Made by a program: the position numbers and the translations under genes. A stretch of DNA of 64,000 nt from Macrostomum lignano (Eukaryota): positions 1 through 64,000 of the forward strand of contig NIVC01000692.1 of assembly GCA_002269645.1 (NCBI GenBank), in the 5' to 3' direction. The first letter of the stretch is position 1. Each line of letters opens with the position of its first letter. Below the pieces are notes generated by a model. It did no database searches and was not told where the DNA came from. It worked only from the letters and a program-made list of their open reading frames with translations. Shown here one piece after another: positions 12,823 to 22,800 of the stretch.

Positions 12823-13389
12823 CAAAATTTACTTTGACAGACTGTTGAGTAGAAACCGTTTTTCTTTCTCTTTTTTAACTTTATCGGAATAAGCGGAATC
12901 GACTGAAACAAATATACATGTTTGCGGCATTGAGGGCTGATTAAAGTTTTGCTTTAACTGTCTACTCTAATTTTGGTTTGAATCTTTTTAACCGGTTTTT
13001 ATAACATTCAGGCCGAAACAAAAATCATATGAGCCGAAACTATAAATGATAGCTTGCATTTACCTTGTATTTGACATTTTAATGCTTTATTTTATAGTAC
13101 TCGTAGTATCCAGGAAAAATTTTTGGTTAAAAAGTAAGGGCAATTTACTTGCAACCGGGAGAAAGTCTTACTGTGCTTCTGCTTTTTCTACCTGTTTTTC
13201 TGGGTCTACGTACAAGTTAGCCTACCTTCGTAGTGACATCAATAGGCCGTAATTTTCAAGCAATGAGTTCGTTAACTTGTAAACGTGAAACTTACGAGCA
13301 TACACTAAACGAATAAAGCTAGGTGCTATCTGGTCTCTTCGTAATATAACCCGATAATATTAAGCACACAAAACGAGTGTAGTGTACTC

Positions 13390-13490
13390 AGAGTAGTGTC
13401 CGAGTAATATCCGAGTAGTGTCCGAGTAGTGTCTGAGTAGTTTCCGACTAGCATTCGAGCAGTGTCTGGGTAGCAATCATGTAGTGTCTG
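13390..13490. repeat. Degenerate 11-bp tandem repeat (ccgagtagtgt)
   Basis: ccgagtagtgt/ctgagtagttt/ccgactagcat/tcgagcagtgt run visible directly. Confidence 0.6.
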
Positions 13491-13845
13491 AGAAGTACTT
13501 GGGTAATTTATTAACGAGTTCGAGCAGAGCGCCTGTAATAACTGATACGGAGTTAGAGTTATATGTAGTGAGAAATAATAACTAAAAAATGAAAATGCCT
13601 CTTCGGTCTGAATTGCGACTGTAGCGCGCTTCATTAACTGTAATTCAACATTATTGGCTTTCAAAAATACATGTCAATTAGCTACTAGAAGTAGGCAACT
13701 GGATTAACTGACTCGGCGATCTTTTATTTTCGACTGGCGATTGGTGGAAAGCCAACCGCGGAGTCCATTTGCTCCGCAGTTGCTCAAATATCCAAACAAA
13801 TTGCAACATGCCGATGCCAACTCAGCCTCAACAGGCTGCGCTAAC

Positions 13846-16800
13846 ATGGCTGAGAAGCTGGCACCACTGATGATGATGCTGCTTCTACTAGGGCTGCTCG
13901 AGAGTTTGCCTCTCAGTGCTGGACTGCTTGACCTCTATGTGACCCGCAATGATATGTGAGCTGCTGTCAGTAAGTTTCTTATGAATCTGGCTGTGAATCA
14001 GCCTCACTAATACTAACAGAAACTAAGTTAGATAGACACTAGGACGGACACTAAAACAATATGATAGACACTAAGACAGACACCCCGGACAAACACTAGA
14101 ACACTAGGACAGACACCCGGGGACACTAAAACACTAGGACAGACACAAAAACACTAGGATAGACACCCGGACAGACACTAGGACAGACACATAAACACTA
14201 GGACAGACACCCGGAGACACTAAAACAATAGGATAGACACAAAAACACTAGGACAGGCACAGAAACACTAGGACAGACACCCGGAGACACTAAAACAATA
14301 GGATAGACACAAAAACACTAGGACAGGCACAGAAACACTAGGACAGACACCCGGAGACACTAAAACAATAGGATAGACACAAAAACACTAGGATAGACAC
14401 CCGGACAGACACTAGGACAGACACATAAACACTAGGACAGACACCCGGAGACACTAAAACAATAGGATAGACACAAAAACACTAGGATAGACACCCGGAC
14501 AGACACTAGGACAGACACATAAACACTAGGACAGACACCCGGAGACACTAAAACAATAGGATAGACACAAAAACACTAGGATAGGCACAGAAACACTAGG
14601 ACAGGCACAGAAGCACTAGGACAGACATCCGGAGAGACACTAGGACAGACACAAAAACACTAGGATAGACACAAAAACACTAGGATAGGCACAGAAACAC
14701 TAGGATAGGCACAGAAACACTAGGACAGACACAAAAACAATAGGATAGACACAAAAACACTAGGACAGGCACAGAAACACTAGGACAGACACCCGGAGAC
14801 ACTAAAACAATAGGATAGACACAAAAACACTAGGATAGGCACCCGGACAGACACTAGGACAGACACATAAACACTAGGACAGACACCCGGAGACACTAAA
14901 ACAATAGGATAGACACAAAAACACTAGGATAGGCACAGAAACACTAGGACAGGCACAGAAGCACTAGGACAGACACCCGGAGAGACACTAGGACAGACAC
15001 AAAAACACTAGGACAGACATGACAGACACCCGGTCAGACACTGAGACAGACACAAGGACAGGCCCTATGAAAGGCAGACTGGCTCAACCCGCAGGATCAG
15101 GCAACGCCTCCAGGGTCTTTTACGTGTTCAATGGAACGGTGAACAAATACGCGCTCGGCTTCAGCATCTCCGTGCCGCTGTCGGTGGCAAAGCTGCGATT
15201 TCGCTGGGCCAACAGGGCCGGCCACGAGGCGAGTGGGCTATCGGCGGTTGGAAGAAAAGCCAACTGTTTCGGAACAACAAAAAACTCACTTTTCCACCAA
15301 TAATGGCATATTTTGCCACTGTTGCTTTCGCATTTGATACCACTTTGGGGACAGTTAGATGGTCGCAATGTAATTGAGCTCGCAATGTAGCTCGCAGTCA
15401 ACGTGAAGTGATTATTTAATTAATTCGTCTAGTTTTAGCAGTGAACGCGTAATCTATTCGTAAGCGATACAATAATTTCAGATGCCCTACTCGATCGGCT
15501 TCTCGGTGGAGGACCAGAAAGCCATGGGCTCGCCAGTGTTAAGCATTGCTGCCCAGGGATTCGTGCCGCACGCCGACTCAAGTAGGGATACTGGGTTGAG
15601 GATCTAAGACTGAGAGATTGAGGAAGTGAGACTGAGGGATTGAGGACATGAGACTGGGGGACTGAGGTACTGAGGGACTGAGGTACTGAGGGACTGAGGT
15701 ACTGAGGGACTGAGGTACTGAGGGACTGAGGTACTGAGGGACTGAGGTACTGAGGGACTGAGGTACTGAGGGACTGAGGTACTGAGGGACTGAGGTACTG
15801 AGGGACTGAGGTACTGAGGGACTGAGGTACTGAGGGACTGAGGTACTGAGGGACTGAGGTACTGAGGGACTGAGGTACTGAGGGACTGAGGTACTGAGGG
15901 ACTGAGGTACTGAGGTACTGAGGTACTGAGGGACTGAGGTACTGAGGGACTGAGGTACTGAGGGACTGAGGTACTGAGGGACTGAGGTACTGAGGGACTG
16001 AGGTACTGAGGGACTGAGGTACTGAGGGACTGAGGTACTGAGGGACTGAGGTACTGAGGGACTGAGGTACTGAGGGACTGAGGTACTGAGGGACTGAGGT
16101 ACTGAGGGACTGAGGTACTGAGGGACTGAGGTACTGAGGGACTGAGGTACTGAGGGACTGAGGTACTGAGGGACTGAGGTACTGAGGGACTGAGGTACTG
16201 AGGGACTGAGGTACTGAGGGACTGAGGTACTGAGGGACTGAGGTACTGAGGGACTAGGTACTGAGGGACTGAGGTACTGAGGGACTGAGGTTGAGGGACT
16301 GAGGTACTGAGGGACTGAGGTACTGAGGGACTGAGGTACTGAGGGACTGAGTACACGATACTGGAATTGAGTAACTGTGGGACAAAAGGGACTGAGGGGC
16401 TAAAGCTGAGTGACTGAAGACACGAGACTGAGGGACTGAGGCTGAGGGAATGAAACTGAGGGACTGAGGACACGAGACTGGGGGGCTGAGGACATGAGAC
16501 TGAGGGACTGAGGTACTGAGGTTGAGGGACTGAGTACACGAGACTGAGGGATTGAGCGGCCTAAGGTGAATAGTGTGTGTGTCCTGGTTTAATGTGGGGG
16601 ATCGGAGAGGCGCCAGGTGTGACAGCCAAGAGAAAAGCAAATCAAAATGGAAGCACATGTACTTCGCCCTGCTTTTCTATCCAATAAAGCTTCGAAAAAT
16701 AAGGCAATTCTTGGCGTCGAAAGACGTAAAGGAGACAGAAGGTGATAACGACTGCAAAGGTTGACGGAAAGGGAGCAAAATTATTGGCCAGTAGACGAAT

Positions 16801-19800
16801 ATTTTTCTCAGAACGAAAGCTATGCCGAATTTTTTTACAATCGCTTTTGTTTAAATTGCAGCATTCGACGCCTCGCTGCCCTGCACTGGGGCAGCGCTCG
16901 CCGAGGTGCCGCTGGCCATCCTGCTGAATGTCACCCTACGGCCTGGCGAGCCGCCCGTGCAACTGCGGATTCGCAGGCGAAAATTGTGCGGCCGGACTGC
17001 CGGGAATCGCCGGAGTTTGCTGAGCGGTAGGAAGGGAACTGGGGTGGTGGGAAGGGAACTGGGGTGGTGGGAAGGGAACTGGGGTGGTGGGAAGGGAACT
17101 GGGGTGGTGGGAAGGGAACTGGGGTGGTGGGAAGGGAACTGGGGTGGTGGGAAGGGAACTGGGGTGGTGGGAAGGGAACTGGGGTGGTGGGAAGGGAACT
17201 GGGGTGGTGGAAGGGAACTGGGGTGGTGGGAAGGGAACTGGGGTGGTGGGAAGGGAACTGGGGTGGTGGGAAGGGAACTGGGGTGGTGGGAAGGGAACTG
17301 GGGTGGTGGGAAGGGAACTGGGGTATTGGGAAGGGTGTTGTGATAAAAATTGAAGTATCTTGGAGAGCAAAAGCCAGAATTTAACTACCAATTACACTCG
17401 TATATTAAATACAAAAATACGTCAAACTCTCTCAATGAATTTAAAGCTTGATTTCATTAAAAAATTTACAGAAGAAGAGAAGCCAAAGTCAGATAAAAAG
17501 TCTACAGCAGAGACACGAGAGCAGTCAGTTCTCTCTGAAACAAATCAGGCGGCTGTCGCGGTGCGCACGCCAGCGGCATTGACACTGCTGCTCCCGCTGC
17601 TGTTTGTGTTGCTTGTGGCGCTGCTGGCCGCGGCAGCGGTCACCTACCTGCTGCTATGCCGCTGCTTCCGCTTGAAAAAAGCCAGCTCTGGCGCCGCCAC
17701 CGCAGCTGCGTCGGCTGGCAAAGCGGCGGCGTTAAAAGGCCGCACGCTGCAGAGCACGGCAGTGATTTGGAGCGACGGGTCGGACAGCTGCAGCCTGACC
17801 AGCAGGGCCACCTCCTCCAGTGAGACGACGCTGAGAATAGATCTGGGAATGCTCCTAATTATTCAATTTCTGAAAGCTGTGTATAACTCACAATAAATAG
17901 GCTGAGTGAGAATGTCTAAGGCTCAGAGTAGTGGTCTAAGGCTGGGAGAGTAGATGTCTAAGGCTAAGAGAGTACTCGTAGATGTCTAGGGCTGAGAGAT
18001 ATCCAAGGCTGAGAGATGTCTAAGGCTGAGAGAAAATGTCTCAGCCTTATTTAAGAGAAAATAATAATAACAATTGATTGCACCTGCCCCAGTTGGTCAG
18101 ATGTACAACCAACAGCTCAGCCGCAGTTATTGCTCGGCGCATCTGAAGGCTGCGTACGGCTGTTCAGTCCAAGGACTGGGGGGTCGCCACACACAGCCTC
18201 AATTACCCCAGCTAATGCTGGCACCCATTTTACAGCTGGGTGAACTGAAGCACTGCAGAGTTGTGTCTTGCTCAAGGACACAAATTGTTCGAGTGGGTCG
18301 AGAATGGAACCCCCGACCTTTAAATCGTGAGTCCGACGCTCTAATCACTAGACTACAGCCCATTAGGCTCAAAGTAGATGTCTAAGGCTCAGAGTAGATG
18401 TCTAAGGCTCAGAGTAGATGTCTAAGGCTCAGAGTAGATGTCTAAGGCTCAGAGTAGATGTCTAAGGCTCAGAGTAGATGTCTAAGGCTCAGAGTAGATG
18501 TCTAAGGCTCAGAGTAGATGTCTAAGGCTCAGAGTAGATGTCTAAGGCTCAGAGTAGATGTCTAAGGCTCAGAGTAAATGTCTAAGGTAGATGTCTAATA
18601 TCTAATATTAAATCCCTATCCTCGCTCCACCGCCTGCAGACCAGCCCAGCCACCAGTTGGGCGCCTCACCCATAGTGCAACGCCGCATCAGTAGCCCTCG
18701 GGAAATTCTGTTAGAGGTTCAAACCGCGTGGCATACAGTCAGCCTTGAGTACACCCTAATGGAAGGTGAGCCCTGTGACCAGATATATTGACTTCGGTCC
18801 AGATATTTCAGGTGCTGGCTGCGTGAGAACTCTGAAGCACGCCCGCCACACTGCAGGCTGCTACGGTCTGGTTTACCGAGGCAGCTGGGAGCCGCCCCAC
18901 GGCCGTGGTAGGAACATCGTCAAGAGTGGGCGCGAGGAGGTGCTGATCAAGACAGTGGTCGGTGAGTGGCTGAATCGAGGGCGATTTCGGTTTAGCCAAT
19001 AAACGTTCATAATTACATGTATGCTAATCGATGATTGGGGATGCTGATTAAAACTAACTCCAAATTTTAACAGCATATTCCAACGCCACCCAACTTCAAC
19101 ACTTCGATTCCAACACCCTAATTCCAGCACCCCAATTCCAGCATGCCAATTCCAGCACCCAGATTCCAGCACCCCAATTCCAGCCACCCAGATTATAGCA
19201 TCCCAATTCCAGCACCCAGATTCCAGCACCCCAATTCCAGCACCCCAAATCCAGCACCCCAATTCCAGCATCCCAATTCCAGCCACCCAGGTTCCAGCAC
19301 CCCAATTCCAGCATCCCAATTTCAGCCACCCAGGTTCCAGCACCCCAATTCCAGCATCCCAATTTCAGCCACCCAGGTTCCAGCACCCCAATTCCAGCCA
19401 CCCAGATTCCAGCACCCCAATTCCAGCGCCGAGATTCCAGCACCCCAATTCCAGCACCCAGATTCCAGCCACCCAGGTTCCAGCACCCCAATTCCAGCAC
19501 CCCAAATCCAGCACCCCAATTCCAGCATCCCAATTCCAGCCACCCAGGTTTCAGCACCCCAATTCCAGCACCCCAATTCCAGCCACCCAGGTTCCAGCAC
19601 CCCAATTCCAGCGCCGAGATTCCAGCACCCCAATTCCAGCACCCAGATTCCAGCCACCCAGGTTCCAGCACCCCAATTCCAGCACCCCAAATCCAGCACC
19701 CCAATTCCAGCATCCCAATTCCAGCCACCCAGGTTTCAGCACCCCAATTCCAGCACCCAGATTCCAGCACCCCAATTCCAGCACCCCAATTCCAGCACCC

Positions 19801-22800
19801 CAATTCCAGCATCCCAATTCCAGTCACCCAGATTCCAGCACCCCGATTCCAGCACTTCAACTCCGCCAGCCCCAATTACAGCACCTCAGTTCCAACTCCG
19901 CAACTCCAACTCCCATTCCAACACCGCAATTCTGCAAAGCATGATTCCAACACAGTCCCATTCCAAAGCACTAAATTCATAGACATCAATAAACGCACGA
20001 TTTTAGAATTTCTCTGATCCAACTATAAAAGCAAATTTCTGCCGAAAAAACACAAGCAAACTATGTCCCTCTTCTCTCATCTAAGCTCTTTGAGCGAATT
20101 TATTGTCCCTCTATCCGCAACTGCCAGGCGATTACAAACTGGACAGCAAAGTGCGTTTAGCCAGTGGAAACGAAAACCAACCAACTACCCGCAGTCCCGA
20201 TGGGAAACGTTGGATGGCGTGGGATATTTCTCACGCAGCCCCGCCCCCTGTTTCCCAACCTTGGGCATCGCAGTCCCGGTCGAATGCAATTTCCTGATTG
20301 CCAGGCAAAGTGAGCGTCGAGAAGCTGCGGGTTGAGCGGCAGCGGGCTCTCCGGGGCTGACGGGTGTGCGTGGGAACAGGCCTGGTCGAAGCCGACAGCC
20401 AGTGAGGCATCGATTGAAATGCAGGAATTGCTTAGAGCAAGCTTGCTAGCTTGGAATAGCGGCATACGAACTTAATAATCTAGCAGAGAAAAACTATTCC
20501 AGCTCGCCAGTTCCATTACGCCTATGGAAAAAGTTATTAATCCACTGATAAATCGATGTTAAAAAAGCAGAGCAGTTTTGTTTCCGCTGGCCAAGTCAAT
20601 TTAGAACAGCATAACTGTAAACTCAGGATAAATATCTAATTAATGACCGGCTGCAGGCAATTAAGAGATGGGTTCTGGTGTTCAGCAACCCATCAAGTTG
20701 CGGCTAGATGGTTGCTCATTTGCTCACTCTGGCCCTGTATGAAAGCACAGGTGTGCTCACTCTGGCCCTGTATGAAAAGCACAGGTGTGCTCACTCTGGC
20801 CCTGTATGAAAAGCACAGGTGTGCTCACTCTGGCCCTGTATGAAAGCACAGGTGTGCTCACTCTGGCCCTGTATGAAAGCACAGGTGTGCTCACTCTAAA
20901 TCTTGAAGACAAGCACAGGTGTGCTCACACTAGGTCCTGAAGACAAGCACAGGTGTTTCTCACACTAGGTCCTGAAGGCAAGCACAGGTGTGCTCACTCT
21001 GGCCCTGTATGAAAGCACAGGTGTGCTTACACTAGGTCCTGAAGACAAGCACAGGTGTGCTCACTCTAGGTCCTGAACTCAAAAAACTTAATGGGAGGTC
21101 GAGTAAGCTGTCCAGTTAAACCGGACAATGAAAGGCCCAGCTGCCGTTTTTCCTTCATCGCTGCACGAGCAGAGGCTGCCCGGCTTGACCAGCTGAGCGC
21201 CGTGTCGCAGTCGGGAGTCCTGCTGGCCGGCCTGCAGCACAGGCACGTCAATCCGCTGCTTGCCTCGACCATGCCGCCCGGCGATCCCAGACCGCACCTG
21301 ATCTACCCCAACCCGGCTGGCGGCAACCTGAAGCTGCGCTTGATCGACAGCTGCGCCGGCCGGCCGGACCACGTGAGCGTGAGCATTACAGCCCCGCATT
21401 CCCGTAGACTGTCGCTCATGGAGTATTAGACAAGGACTACTCAAGTAACATATACAGTGGCGCACAATGAATTACTATGAATGAATACTACTCCAAGCAA
21501 AAAATGATCTTGAACTCTCCCAGAATGGGAAAAGGCAGAGCTCTATCGCCTGAGTCGTGTAGCAAAATAAAGATCCTGTTCGACCAAGGAGTTTCCCAGC
21601 GAGCCAAAGCCACGCAGCTGGGAAAGTAAAAAAAACACGCGTCCAGCAAGCCCTCAGGCGCCTCAGCAGCACAGGCAGCACAGGCTGTGCCCCAAGACCT
21701 GGCAGGGCACCGAAAACTGACCACGGACTGGATCGACGAATTGTGCGAGTGTCCGAGTCAAACCGTCGGCTCACCGCTGTGGACATCAGCCGTGAACTTC
21801 TGGTGCCCAGTGGTGTCCAGCTGCACCCCATGACTGTCCGCCGCCGTCTGGTAGCTGCTGGACTGCAAGGCCGCATTGCTAGGAAGAAGCCGTTTATCTC
21901 CGACAAAAACCGGGAAGCGGCGCTTGAACTGGCCGAAGCAGCATGCAAGCTAGACACCCCAGGACTGGGCCAAGACCAACTGGAGTGACGAGAGCAAATT
22001 TCCCGCACTGATTCTGACGGCCGCCAATATGTGCGCCACCGAGCTGGTGAGGAACTCGATCCCAGGTGCACCGTAGGTGGTAATGTCATGGTGTGGGCTG
22101 GATTGTGAGCTGGGCCTGGGCCAATAACTCGCATTGAGGGCGTCATGGACAGTCAGAAGTACCGTGGCATCCTCGGTAGCCACCTACAAGAGGCAGTAGT
22201 TGCGCTGCCACTGGGTGTAGTGAACAGCTGGCAGTTTCAGCAGGACAACCATCCGAAGCAAACCTCCAAGTTTGTGAATGCATGGCTTGCTGAGAACAAC
22301 ATCCGCACCATGGACTGGCCAGCGCAGTCACCAGACCTCAATCCGATTAAGAAATGGTGGAACTGGGTTGAGCGGGACGGACATCCAGAGGCAGCAGCCA
22401 GCTTCCCTTGGTCAGCTGTACCGTGTCATTGAGGACTCGTGGGCTGCCATTGCGGCAGAAGTGTGCCAGAAGCTGGTGGACAGCATGCCTAGGCGGTGCA
22501 ATGCTGTGTGATTAAGTCAAAAGGACCTGCTACGAAGTATTAGAGTAGTTAGTTTGATATCAGTGACATTTGCTTGGCTTATTTCCCAAGTATTTATATA
22601 TGGTCTTATTTCAATGTTAAACCTAAAACTGTACTTCCCATTCAAATATCAGCTTTTTGAACTAAACACTGCTGGAAATTGAGCCAAAATACTAAATAAA
22701 TAACATAAAGTAATATTCCTACAAGTTTTACTTCCAATTTAGTACTTGAATTTAGTTCAAAGACCAGTATGCCAAAAAAATAATTTTACTTGGTGGTCCT

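Noticed and set aside
18290-18361. Functional tRNA gene
   Set aside because: tRNA-like A/B boxes, but degenerate stems and continuity with a CORE-like body and TTA tail indicate a SINE head.
15604-19982. Long ORFs such as 15604-16539, 17064-17384, 19096-19875, 19143-19982
   Set aside because: Translations of intronic minisatellites lacking stop codons.
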